The notes beneath the pieces were generated by a model that worked only from the letters and a program-made list of their open reading frames with translations, was not told the origin of the DNA and ran no database searches. From Rhizobium phage RHEph22: a stretch of DNA of 24,000 nucleotides. The first letter of the stretch is position 1. The number at the start of each line of letters is the position of its first letter. Shown piece after piece: positions 1 through 8,693 of the stretch. Location: the sequence record MW980071.1; one strand, 5' to 3'. The position numbers and the translations under genes are program-made.

Positions 1-1
1 G

Positions 2-223
2 GTCTTTTTCGCATGCCGTACAACCGCCCAGTCACCTTCTTATAGTGGTAACTATACTGAACGTGCTACCCGTGAAAATGCCACAGCTACATCAGAAATT
101 TGGGTTGCTGATACAAACGCAAGCATGAAGAATCCTGCTACATCTGTTCCCAATGCGGGTATAACAACAGCAGGGGCAACCTGCTCAGTTATTGCAGCAG
201 AACTCAAAGCTCATGCAGCGTAA
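2..223 (+). CDS. 3' end of an upstream CDS, truncated by the window; possibly structural
   Basis: Frame 2 is open from the window edge to TAA 221-223 and translates as ...VFFACRTTAQSPSYSGNYTERATRENATATSEIWVADTNASMKNPATSVPNAGITTAGATCSVIAAELKAHAA*. A terminator follows. It has no start in the window, so the ORF track missed it. Confidence 0.72.
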   Translation, partial: VFFACRTTAQSPSYSGNYTERATRENATATSEIWVADTNASMKNPATSVPNAGITTAGATCSVIAAELKAHAA

Positions 224-246
224 TAGTCATAATACTATTTAAAATT

Positions 247-270
247 AGCCCTCTTCGGAGGGCTTTTTTT
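247..270 (+). terminator. Rho-independent terminator with UUCG tetraloop
   Basis: AGCCCTC-TTCG-GAGGGCT, a 7-bp perfect stem (247-253/258-264) closed by a C(UUCG)G tetraloop and followed by a T run. Confidence 0.93.
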
Positions 271-313
271 ATGTTATGAGGTCAACAACTGTCTGAACCA
301 AGGAAAGACATAG

Positions 314-2350
314 ATGACCGTTTATAAAGTCTGTTATAATCAAACAACTACCAGGATCCAGTTGATTCCTGATATTGGTTCACCTGCTCCGGGATATACC
401 GTTCTTGGTTCTTTCGACCACGAGCACAACGATGCTCTGGGATATCCAGAAAGCCATGTACTCTTTCACCACTTCAGAGATATCCTCTACGATGCAGGCA
501 TCACCGATCTCCAGAAGATCGAGGTAGATGACCTTGTTCAGGTTACCATTCCTCCCACACTTTCCCTGTCATCCTACCAGATCAATGAAGCTACCCCAGT
601 GGGGTCTAACGTCGCTCAGATCATTGTGAATAACCCTAAGGGTGTTTATTCCTTCCAGAAGATCGCCGATCCAGACGATGTATTCTACATTTCTGGGGGT
701 GATGTTAAGCTTCTCAATCCTTTGGATTATGAAACCGCTACGTCTCATACGCTGCGAATCGGTGCTTACATTGATGATGTGCTTCAGTTCCAAAACATCT
801 TTACCATCAGTGTCCTCAACGCTGTTGAAGGTACTCTTGGACCCACAGAGATCTACCGTAAGGTCTCAGATCCTGCTGGTACTCAGGTAGCTATTATCAC
901 TGGTCTTGATGAAGGTGCTGATGAGCTTCTCACAGCAATCCTACCCAATGATGGAAAGCTATCGATCTTTGGTGATCGTATCCTCATTGGTTCCAACCAC
1001 ACGTCTGTTAGTACTAGAACAATCACGGTCTATACCTCCCAAGGCAGAACCCTACAGATCACAGATTATGTGACTGGTCTGGCGCCTATGCCAGTTATCT
1101 CTCCTACCGTTGGTTCTTCCAACAATTCAGACCCACTATCGACAGTCATCCTTGATTTGCCTCCTATGAGCCAAGATGAGGTGAGAACCTATGTCCCAAC
1201 GACTGGACCTGCCTTTGTGATTTCTGAAGGTGGTAGTCTGATTCGTGGTGAGGAACTGTTTTCAGCAGGTACCTATACCGGTACCCTGACCCAGTATAAC
1301 GGTGAGGAAGTTGTTGAAACCACTGTAATAATCAACGCTACAGATAATCCTGTTGTTGTTGTTACTTCTCCCCCAGCAACTACTGCTGTGAATCCTCCTC
1401 ATGTGGCAGGCTTCATTTACTGGGTTAACCACGACCTGGGTGGTTTGAAAGTCATCGTTAAAGTTAACGATGTTGCAGAAACTTCCTTCACTACTGGTTT
1501 TGATGGTTCCTTTAGCTATACGCTTGAGGATGCCATTATCCCCAGCACACCTTACACTGTAAGGGTTGAGGTAGAGACCTTTGGTGTTCTTTCGGCAGAG
1601 ACTGCCTTCACTGTCTATGACGAGGATGCTGAAACCTCTGCATGGGCAAACGCTGTTATTGCTCGTGGATATACGCCTGACCTCCTTCTAAGAGAGCAGG
1701 TAGATACCATGATCCAAGCTATGAAAGCTGGGGGATCTTGGGCTAAGCGTGATCGTATCCAGATCTATTGCTGGCCTGACGAACGTTGCGGTGTTGAACT
1801 GAAGACTGCTACCAACCTTGTTGTACAGGGCAGTCTAACCTTTACGGGTGACCAAGGTTATACCGGTAATGGTACCTCAGGCTTCATTGATGTTCTTCCC
1901 TACAGTGGATCCAATCTGGTTCAACAAGATAGTGTCAACCTAGCCTGCTTCTCACTCACTGCTGGTTCTAATTCCAACTACCATGTTGGTAACTTCAACG
2001 GCAGTCTTAAAGTCAGAGGCAGAACCACGAACAACAGTGGTGGTAGTGCTAATACGACTACCCTACTTCCTTCTGAATCGTATGGTGCCAATGCTCCTGT
2101 AGACGTAGCAATTCAACGTGCTGCCGCAGATCAGCAGAGACTTTATATCAATGGTGCAAGCCATGCGACAGATTCAACCACATCCAGTGCAGTTCATAAT
2201 TCCACAGTCACTGCATTTAAAAACTCTGGATCCTATGCTAACTGTCAACTCGCTGCTGTACGTATTGGCGGTGCATTGACGAATGCTGAAATGCTCGCTG
2301 AATACAATGCTATTCGTACTTTCCTTCAAGCAAGAGGTGCTATTGCCTAA
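314..2350 (+). CDS. Large virion surface/tail-fibre-like protein with cadherin/Ig-like domains and a C-terminal concanavalin A/LamG-like domain
   Basis: 678 aa, ATG with AAGGA upstream. Contains a cadherin-like stretch (INEATPVGS...YSFQKIADPDDVFYISGGDVKLLNPLDYETATSHTLRIGAYID...FTISVLNAVEG) and a lectin-like C-terminus (...GTSGFIDVLPYSGSN...RLYINGASHATDS...VRIGGALTNAEMLAEYNAI). Function is inferred from fold-like patterns. Confidence 0.8.
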   Translation: MTVYKVCYNQTTTRIQLIPDIGSPAPGYTVLGSFDHEHNDALGYPESHVLFHHFRDILYDAGITDLQKIEVDDLVQVTIPPTLSLSSYQINEATPVGSNVAQIIVNNPKGVYSFQKIADPDDVFYISGGDVKLLNPLDYETATSHTLRIGAYIDDVLQFQNIFTISVLNAVEGTLGPTEIYRKVSDPAGTQVAIITGLDEGADELLTAILPNDGKLSIFGDRILIGSNHTSVSTRTITVYTSQGRTLQITDYVTGLAPMPVISPTVGSSNNSDPLSTVILDLPPMSQDEVRTYVPTTGPAFVISEGGSLIRGEELFSAGTYTGTLTQYNGEEVVETTVIINATDNPVVVVTSPPATTAVNPPHVAGFIYWVNHDLGGLKVIVKVNDVAETSFTTGFDGSFSYTLEDAIIPSTPYTVRVEVETFGVLSAETAFTVYDEDAETSAWANAVIARGYTPDLLLREQVDTMIQAMKAGGSWAKRDRIQIYCWPDERCGVELKTATNLVVQGSLTFTGDQGYTGNGTSGFIDVLPYSGSNLVQQDSVNLACFSLTAGSNSNYHVGNFNGSLKVRGRTTNNSGGSANTTTLLPSESYGANAPVDVAIQRAAADQQRLYINGASHATDSTTSSAVHNSTVTAFKNSGSYANCQLAAVRIGGALTNAEMLAEYNAIRTFLQARGAIA

Positions 2351-4728
2351 TGTCCGCAACAATCACAAGTGCTGATGCAGTACTTACAACGCTCACTGTT
2401 CAAGGTACTGGTGGTACCCCAGGTGGACTCGTAGGTATCTATATTGATAACGTCCTCAGATCAGAAAGAGATGTCCCAGATTCCAGCGGTAACTGGGAAA
2501 TCGTTGTTACCAACCTGACTGGTGGTAATCACACAGTACGATGCACAGACATCATCACCACTGGAACCAGTGTGGTTACACAGTTCGTTCCGTCTTCTGT
2601 CACGGTTGCTGCTTCTGACGGTAATACGACAGAGGATCTTACCCCTGTGGTTGGTGGTACGATTCTGGATGCAGAAGACAATCCCATCGCCAATGCGACT
2701 GTGACGGTCTATTACAAGGCTCGTGCGTCTTCGACCTATACTGCTGCTGGAGCTACCACTTCAAACTCCTCGGGTGTCTATAGCCTTGAAATCAAAACCC
2801 CTCTTCCAGATGGTGAATATGATTTCTATGCTGTAGTAACCGGTGCTTCCTTCACTTCTGATGTTGCATCTGTTGAAGTTAGTAAGCCTCTTGAGGCTCC
2901 TGTCATGGAACCAGTAGAGGATAAACTCTTCGCTATTGCAGCGGATAGTATCTTTGTCGGTATTAATCCTCCATCTGGTTATGAGCTTTTCACCGCCAAG
3001 ACTATGAACATTGCCAAGCCTCTTGGCGAATGGTCCATTGGTGGTTCTGCTCTCGGTATTACGATTGATTCGACTACCGGTACCGCAACCATCACAACAC
3101 CTGCTCAGTTTGCTGCTGCTGGTTCTCGTCAGATCTCTGTCACCTGCACGAACTCTGAAGGCAGTGATACGTCATTGGTCAACATCGTTGTTGTCGCTGA
3201 CAACAGCACAATCAAGTACGTAGATTCTGTAGGTGGTTTGGATACCAATACTGGTAACAACCCCAACGTACCCCTGCAAACAAACAACTCTAGTTCCAAT
3301 AATACCCGTCGCTTCAAGCGTGGTGGGACGTATAACTTCCAGCTTAACGGTGCTGATAACCAGACTCGTGAAGACTATGGCGATCCTTGGAAACCTCGTC
3401 CTAAGCTTGGTTCAGGACAGTCCTATGGTTACAATGGAGCCAACCAGGATTATGTAACTCTTCGTTCTCTTAATTTTGATGGCTTTACTTCTCGCGGTAT
3501 TTATATCCAGGTCGTAACCAATACGATTATTGAGGATTGCTTGATTTCCAATAGTGGATCTAGCAACCTTCAGGGAACCAAGCTTCACAATTCTGATAAA
3601 GCTGCTGCCCTTACTGTACCAGATCTTCCCGGTCGGTTGTTTAATCTGATCTATCGTAATAACGAAGTGAAGAACGTTAAAGGCGACGGTCTCTATATTA
3701 CGAAGATCAACGGCATTCTCATTGAGAATAATAAGCACGACGCTGCTTATGGCGGTGGTGCTGACTGCATCCAGATCGCTTATGAGAACAGTTCCACGAA
3801 CGTTAGTAGGGACGTTATGATTCGTGGTAATCTGCTCTTACAGCAACCTCTGTCCCAGTCTGACAAGGGTGGTCTCGTCTGCGAACAGACCCTTCGATAT
3901 GTTGCAGAATACAATGACATTGGTGGTAAGAACTTCTCGTTCTCCTCCATTGGATTTGATGCTATCTGCCGATCCAACAACATGAGAGACGGCAAGCTCA
4001 ATACCTATTCCTTCGGGTATGGTACTGGTGAGCAATCTCACTTTGGTAGGCACCATGTCTACGATAACTTCATCACCAATTGTATTCGTGGTGTTGGTCT
4101 CTCCAGCTTTGGTGATTCCACCATCCTGAACAACGGTGTGTATGGTTATCAGCGTTATGACATGGAGTTCCATGATAACGTCATCTCCAAGTGCACCTAT
4201 GGCTTCTTTGCTGACCGTCCATGGTCTGGTTACTTCAAACGTAACATCCTAATGCAGTGCACCAACGGTATCACCCGTCAAGGCGGTACTGTCAGTGGCA
4301 ACACTGTTGCTAATATGGGTGTGTACACTACCCAGGATGTAACCGGTAACTATACTAACGACGGTACTTGGCTCAATTCTGCTGCTCCAGTTCTCACTGG
4401 CAGTATCATTGCAGGCGGTACTGTCTCGGTAGCTGGTGCTGTCTGGAAGCTTAACGGTGTTGTCACTGTACCGGATGAAGTATTCTACGTATGGCGTAAC
4501 AAGGGTTATGACATTGCAGGTGCTGCTGGTGACTCATACACCATCCCTGTTGATGCTGCTTCCGACTTCGAACTGTCTTGCGTCATGTTTGCCCGTAAGG
4601 GAACCAACTGGATGCTTGCTGTTGCTGAGAACGATTGGCCCACGACTGCATACTTCATCCCAAGAGCATATACCGAAGGTGCTCTTGGTTGGAGGAAGCG
4701 TTACTTCAAGCTGGGCGATGTAGCATAG
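2350..4728 (+). CDS. Ig-like plus right-handed parallel beta-helix protein (tailspike/depolymerase-like or host-binding candidate)
   Basis: 792 aa; its ATG overlaps the upstream stop (TAATG). N-terminal Ig/carboxypeptidase-regulatory-like repeats are followed by beta-helix coils (NTIIEDCLISNSG, LIYRNNEVKNVKGDGLYITKINGILIENNKHD, VMIRGNLLL, YNDIGG, HHVYDNFITNCIRG, MEFHDNVISKCTYG). Confidence 0.8.
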   Translation: MSATITSADAVLTTLTVQGTGGTPGGLVGIYIDNVLRSERDVPDSSGNWEIVVTNLTGGNHTVRCTDIITTGTSVVTQFVPSSVTVAASDGNTTEDLTPVVGGTILDAEDNPIANATVTVYYKARASSTYTAAGATTSNSSGVYSLEIKTPLPDGEYDFYAVVTGASFTSDVASVEVSKPLEAPVMEPVEDKLFAIAADSIFVGINPPSGYELFTAKTMNIAKPLGEWSIGGSALGITIDSTTGTATITTPAQFAAAGSRQISVTCTNSEGSDTSLVNIVVVADNSTIKYVDSVGGLDTNTGNNPNVPLQTNNSSSNNTRRFKRGGTYNFQLNGADNQTREDYGDPWKPRPKLGSGQSYGYNGANQDYVTLRSLNFDGFTSRGIYIQVVTNTIIEDCLISNSGSSNLQGTKLHNSDKAAALTVPDLPGRLFNLIYRNNEVKNVKGDGLYITKINGILIENNKHDAAYGGGADCIQIAYENSSTNVSRDVMIRGNLLLQQPLSQSDKGGLVCEQTLRYVAEYNDIGGKNFSFSSIGFDAICRSNNMRDGKLNTYSFGYGTGEQSHFGRHHVYDNFITNCIRGVGLSSFGDSTILNNGVYGYQRYDMEFHDNVISKCTYGFFADRPWSGYFKRNILMQCTNGITRQGGTVSGNTVANMGVYTTQDVTGNYTNDGTWLNSAAPVLTGSIIAGGTVSVAGAVWKLNGVVTVPDEVFYVWRNKGYDIAGAAGDSYTIPVDAASDFELSCVMFARKGTNWMLAVAENDWPTTAYFIPRAYTEGALGWRKRYFKLGDVA

Positions 4729-4758
4729 GCTTGGTAAATCTACCAAATTGAACTATAA

Positions 4759-4784
4759 GGAGCGGGCTAGCCCCGCTCTTTTTT
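4759..4784 (+). terminator. Rho-independent terminator
   Basis: GGAGCGGG-CTAGC-CCCGCTCT plus T run (stem 4759-4766/4772-4779, U tract 4779-4784), between the beta-helix gene and the next CDS. Confidence 0.9.
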
Positions 4785-4795
4785 ATGAGGATCCT

Positions 4796-5302
4796 ATGAC
4801 TACTCTTCAATGTGCATTCAAAGCCACCGGTAACACTGCTGTTGTTACTATTCAGCGTGACAACGCTACGCTCCCCTCTGGTGCTACTGACATCGGCAAC
4901 ATCATCCATGATGCTAACCCAGACAACCTCTCTGGTGATCAGGACATCCATTCCAATCACGTTCTCTTCCAGCATGTGCAGGAACTCTGCTACAAGCATG
5001 GTTGGGAAGATATGGGCAATGTCCAGATCAAGCTTGCAGCTACCGGGATCTCGATTGATCAGGGTGCTTCTGCCGCTGTAACTGCCGCTGCTGGTGCAAA
5101 CCACACGAAGCAGCTTACTGCTACCGTAACCCCTACAGATGCAGTGGATAAGAGCGTGACATGGTCTAGCTCTGATGCTACTAAAGCAACCGTAAGTTCT
5201 ACTGGTCTGGTTACTGGTGTAGCAGCAGGTTCTGCGGTCATCACGGCAAAGCCTACTGTTGATTCTGGTGTATCGGATACTATTACGGTCACTGTTTCTT
5301 AA
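4796..5302 (+). CDS. Small virion/surface protein with C-terminal bacterial Ig-like (BIG2) domain; possible capsid-decoration protein
   Basis: The ORF track starts at TTG 4748, but that start precedes the terminator. ATG 4796 has GAGG 5 nt upstream. C-terminus KQLTATVTPTDAVDKSVTWSSSDATKATVSSTGLVTGVAAGSAVITAKPTVDSGVSDTITVTVS is a textbook BIG2 pattern. Confidence 0.87.
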   Translation: MTTLQCAFKATGNTAVVTIQRDNATLPSGATDIGNIIHDANPDNLSGDQDIHSNHVLFQHVQELCYKHGWEDMGNVQIKLAATGISIDQGASAAVTAAAGANHTKQLTATVTPTDAVDKSVTWSSSDATKATVSSTGLVTGVAAGSAVITAKPTVDSGVSDTITVTVS

Positions 5303-5313
5303 GGATTTATATT

Positions 5314-5703
5314 ATGGACGCTAATAAGATGGCTGAGGATTTTCTCCTCTGGAACTCCCTCAAATTGGCTCCATATGATCCCAAGATTAATACCCCCCAG
5401 GATGTAGGTCTTGGGGGTCCTTCCACCGAGTACACCGCTACCGTTGATACTCCCCAAGGGACATACAAAAATATCCCTCAGCTTTGGTGGAAAAAGAATG
5501 GGCAACCTCTCTTGGTTCCCGAAGACACTGCACGGGGCTTGGCAAGCCTCACAGAGCGTGTTACCGGTAGATCCTTCCCTGAGTACCAAACACCTGAAGA
5601 AGCTGATCTAGAGGCTTCTATGAGGTCGAAAGCAGGGGGTGCTGAAAAGCAATCCCTTATGGACTACGCTGACGAAATAAAGCGATACGGTCCTCGATAT
5701 TAA
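5314..5703 (+). CDS. Conserved-looking phage protein of unknown function
   Basis: 129 aa, ATG directly downstream of the previous gene with AAGGA upstream; contains YKNIPQLWWKKNGQPLLVPEDTA. Confidence 0.78.
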   Translation: MDANKMAEDFLLWNSLKLAPYDPKINTPQDVGLGGPSTEYTATVDTPQGTYKNIPQLWWKKNGQPLLVPEDTARGLASLTERVTGRSFPEYQTPEEADLEASMRSKAGGAEKQSLMDYADEIKRYGPRY

Positions 5704-5762
5704 GATACAGATAATCGTCATCAATTTTCTTGGTTTATTTCATTTGAGCCAAGGAGAGAAGG

Positions 5763-6032
5763 ATGTTCAGTTATACAGCTAAACCTCGTGAGGTTGAGGC
5801 GTGGCAATATTTCAAGGATGTGGGCACGGAGACTGCCTGTATCCCTCGTTGGGCTATCCAGCTTGTGTTGGACGGTATTATATGGTCCAGTGCAGGTGCT
5901 GCTCAGGATTATATTGCCCAAGAAGCGAAAAAAGTACCTTTGATGTCTGGAGATTGGATTGTGAAAGATGGGGATAACTATACCCATTTCACTAACGACA
6001 AGTTCCATGAATGGTACACACCAACGGTTTAA
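5763..6032 (+). CDS. Small phage hypothetical protein with a GDWIVKDGDNY...F..WY motif
   Basis: 89 aa, ATG with GGAGAAGG directly upstream. Resembles a family of short phage proteins with a PGDWIV.g.gE.Y....F...Y pattern. Confidence 0.85.
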   Translation: MFSYTAKPREVEAWQYFKDVGTETACIPRWAIQLVLDGIIWSSAGAAQDYIAQEAKKVPLMSGDWIVKDGDNYTHFTNDKFHEWYTPTV

Positions 6033-6186
6033 TCTAGACCGGCATTAGCTCGGGTCACTTACAGAGGGGTGTAGGTTGATGGGTCAGATCCATCCTCCGC
6101 GAATGGAGCCTTAGGTATTCCTCTCCACCGGCAAGAGCGGTGTTCACACCACAGGTCTAGTAACGGGGAGGTCTTAGTGCCTCCCC
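6032..6186 (+). promoter_or_regulatory. Putative structured leader/intergenic RNA upstream of the AAA ATPase gene
   Basis: Noncoding 6033-6213. Closing helix CTAGACC (6032-6038)/GGTCTAG (6154-6160), inner helices AGAGG/CCTCT, GATGG/CCATC, CTCC/GGAG and CACCG/CGGTG, then hairpin GGGGAGGT-CTTAGT-GCCTCCCC (6165-6186). Folded by eye. Confidence 0.42.
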
Positions 6187-6213
6187 AAACTTTAACGACG
6201 ACAAGGAAACAAA

Positions 6214-7254
6214 ATGTCTAATGCAAATGCTGTAAGCCCGTTGCGGGCTATGCCTCTTATTAAGATGACACTGGAAGCAGGTCAGGTACCTTTCCTGAAA
6301 TCCTCTCCGGGAATCGGTAAATCTGCTATGGCTCGTGAGATCGCCAAGGAGTGGAATCTCCAGTTGATCGATCATCGTATCAGCACATCTGCCCCAACCG
6401 ATCTGACAGGTCTTCCTGAGATTCAGAATGGCAGATCTAGGTTCAATCCCTTTGACTTCTTTCCTATCAAGGGACTGGATGAAGTTCCGAAGGGTAAGAA
6501 TGGTTGGCTTCTATTCTTGGATGAGTTTAACTCTGGATCCAAGGCGGTTCTAGCAGCAGCTTATAAGCTCGTACTGGATAAGCAGGTAGGACAATATAGT
6601 CTGCATCCCAATGTAGCTATTATCTGTGCTGGTAATCGTGACACAGACCGTGCCATCACGACCAACATTGGTACTGCTATGCAGTCCCGATTGGTTACCT
6701 ACAATATTGAACTCAACAACGATGAGTTCATCAACCATATCATGGTGAAGCAGCATTGGGATGATCGAATCATCGCCTATCTGTCTTCTGAACCAACCAA
6801 GATCAATGACTTCCGTCCTGAGCACTCAGACGATACATTCTGCTGCCCCAGAACCTGGGACAGTCTCCAGCAGCAAATCAAGGGCAAGCAGGTTACGCGT
6901 CAGCATCTTCCTCTTGCTGCTGGAACAATCACCTCTGGTGTCGCTGCTGACTTCTTCACCTTCCTTGAAGTGTACCAGGATATGCCGAAATTTGATGACG
7001 TGCTTCGTGAACCGAACTCGTACCCTATTCCGACAAATCCCCAACTCAAGTGGGCAACTGTCTCCAGCTTCTCTCAGAAGACCAACAAGAAAAACTTCGT
7101 ACCTCTGGCAACCTATATCGGTCGATTCGATATGACGTTCCAGGTACTATTCTTCCGCATGACACTTCCCCATAACCCTGAACTGCGTGAGCTTCCAGAA
7201 TTTGGACCCATCGCAGTCAAGTTTGCAAAGTACATGTTCGATGCAGTTAGCTGA
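6214..7254 (+). CDS. MoxR-type AAA+ ATPase (N4 gp24-like)
   Basis: 346 aa, AAGGAA before ATG. Walker A-like SSPGIGKSAM, Walker B-like WLLFLDEFN, NRDTDRAITTNIGTAMQSRLVTYNIE, and the partner gene order typical of MoxR/VWA pairs. Confidence 0.88.
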   Translation: MSNANAVSPLRAMPLIKMTLEAGQVPFLKSSPGIGKSAMAREIAKEWNLQLIDHRISTSAPTDLTGLPEIQNGRSRFNPFDFFPIKGLDEVPKGKNGWLLFLDEFNSGSKAVLAAAYKLVLDKQVGQYSLHPNVAIICAGNRDTDRAITTNIGTAMQSRLVTYNIELNNDEFINHIMVKQHWDDRIIAYLSSEPTKINDFRPEHSDDTFCCPRTWDSLQQQIKGKQVTRQHLPLAAGTITSGVAADFFTFLEVYQDMPKFDDVLREPNSYPIPTNPQLKWATVSSFSQKTNKKNFVPLATYIGRFDMTFQVLFFRMTLPHNPELRELPEFGPIAVKFAKYMFDAVS

Positions 7255-8464
7255 AGCTATTCCTGAAGAGGAAGACTACGAGAAACTCAACCGTCTCCTC
7301 GATCACGTAAAGCGTGACATCTTCCTCTCTAAGAATAGTAAAGGGGAAGTCAAAAAAGAGTTCGCTACTTTCTTTGGTTCACTAATGAGCGGACTCACTT
7401 ACATTTGGAGCCCGATGCATAAGACTGCCGCTACCAACGGCATCAATATGTACTGGGCTCCCAAGTTCTTCCTGCTGCTTCCACACGGAACACGCCTTAC
7501 TGTGTTCATGCATGAGCTTTGGCATGTAGCTCGACTGGATACGATTTACCAATATGGTAAGGATCCAAAGAGGTGGAATGCTGCTTGCGACATCTGGATC
7601 AACAATACTCTTGATGATCAGGGGTATTCTTTCGACGGTATCCCATTCAAGTTCTGGCTTGACCATAACTATGATGGTTGGACCGCTGAAGACATCTATG
7701 ATGATCTGAAGAGAAAAGATGACGAAGCTTGGGAACAGTTCTGTAAGGATCATGGAATTGATCCTAACGATCCCGACTGGTGGAAAGACCTCATTGAACC
7801 AAGTGAGGAAGAGGATCTTGAAGCTGGTAACGTCTCTGAAGAACAGCTTAAGGTAATCTCCATTGTCCAGACTGCTGCTCAAGCAGCAAAGATGGCAAGT
7901 GAGAATTGCCCAGGTGCTGTTGAATCCATGATCAAACAATTCCTTACTCCCAAGATCCCTTGGGAGAAGGAGCTTATCAATTGTATGGATGCTCTTATCG
8001 AGGAGGACTATTCATGGAATGTCAGGGATCGTCGTATCGCTGATATTTATCTTCCTTGGTTCGAAGAGTCTGAAGGTCTTGAAGATCTGTTCTATGGTAT
8101 CGATGTCTCTGGATCTATGCTTGATCCTTATGTCATTCGTTGTACCTCTGAGGTCAAATATATCAAGGAACGCTTCAGACCCAAGACAACTACCCTCTTC
8201 CAGTTCGATGAGATCGTTCAGCGTATCGATGTCTGGACTGATGAGGATGAGTTCAAGGAAGTCATGGTACAAGGACGTGGTGGAACATCACTCCATCTAG
8301 TCGCTGACTATCTAGAGGAACATAAACCCCGTGCTGCTATCATCTTCACAGACCTGTACTGTGACAAGATGCGGGTAGTTCCTGGGGTGGAGATCATTTG
8401 GGTAGTGGTCAACAATCCACATGCTACTGTCAACCAGGGTCGTATGATCCATATCAGGGAGTGA
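7241..8464 (+). CDS. Putative metallopeptidase/VWA-like domain protein (DUF2201-like, N4 gp25-like)
   Basis: FMHELWHVARLD (HExxH, 7511-7525) and YGIDVSGSMLD (MIDAS-like DxSGS, 8102-8119). The track opens the ORF at 7187; I prefer ATG 7241, which overlaps the AAA gene by only 14 nt. Confidence 0.85.
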   Translation: MQLAEAIPEEEDYEKLNRLLDHVKRDIFLSKNSKGEVKKEFATFFGSLMSGLTYIWSPMHKTAATNGINMYWAPKFFLLLPHGTRLTVFMHELWHVARLDTIYQYGKDPKRWNAACDIWINNTLDDQGYSFDGIPFKFWLDHNYDGWTAEDIYDDLKRKDDEAWEQFCKDHGIDPNDPDWWKDLIEPSEEEDLEAGNVSEEQLKVISIVQTAAQAAKMASENCPGAVESMIKQFLTPKIPWEKELINCMDALIEEDYSWNVRDRRIADIYLPWFEESEGLEDLFYGIDVSGSMLDPYVIRCTSEVKYIKERFRPKTTTLFQFDEIVQRIDVWTDEDEFKEVMVQGRGGTSLHLVADYLEEHKPRAAIIFTDLYCDKMRVVPGVEIIWVVVNNPHATVNQGRMIHIRE

Positions 8465-8468
8465 ACCA

Positions 8469-8693
8469 ATGGTTAAAAAGGTTCAAGAAGAAGTATCTAA
8501 TGACAAAGAACCGGGAGAAAAGAGCACTGCTGCTCTAGTTATCTCAGGTTATACTTTTGTCATTGGTAATACAAAGAATGGTGAAGTTACCCTTCGTCTG
8601 AATGAAATTAATGACGAGATTTATATGAGTCCTTCGGAAGCTATGATGCTCTCGTATGCTCTCAGACATGCAGTTGAGGAAATGGTACTATGA
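8469..8693 (+). CDS. Hypothetical protein
   Basis: 74 aa, GGGAG ~6 nt upstream of ATG, ATGA-type overlap with the next gene. Confidence 0.75.
   Translation: MVKKVQEEVSNDKEPGEKSTAALVISGYTFVIGNTKNGEVTLRLNEINDEIYMSPSEAMMLSYALRHAVEEMVL

Noticed and set aside
4748-4795. TTG start proposed for the Ig protein
   Set aside because: It would place the start before a clear terminator and translate the hairpin. ATG 4796 has a good GAGG.
6033-6213. Possible tRNA or tmRNA in the 181-nt gap
   Set aside because: No T-loop GTTCRANTC-type sequence, no CCA-compatible acceptor stem and no clean cloverleaf, so I treat it only as an unclassified structured RNA candidate.
7382-7939. 185-aa minus-strand ORF, the longest antisense ORF
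   Set aside because: It lies wholly antisense to the well-supported metallopeptidase/VWA gene, lacks recognisable motifs, and no minus-strand operon exists in the window.
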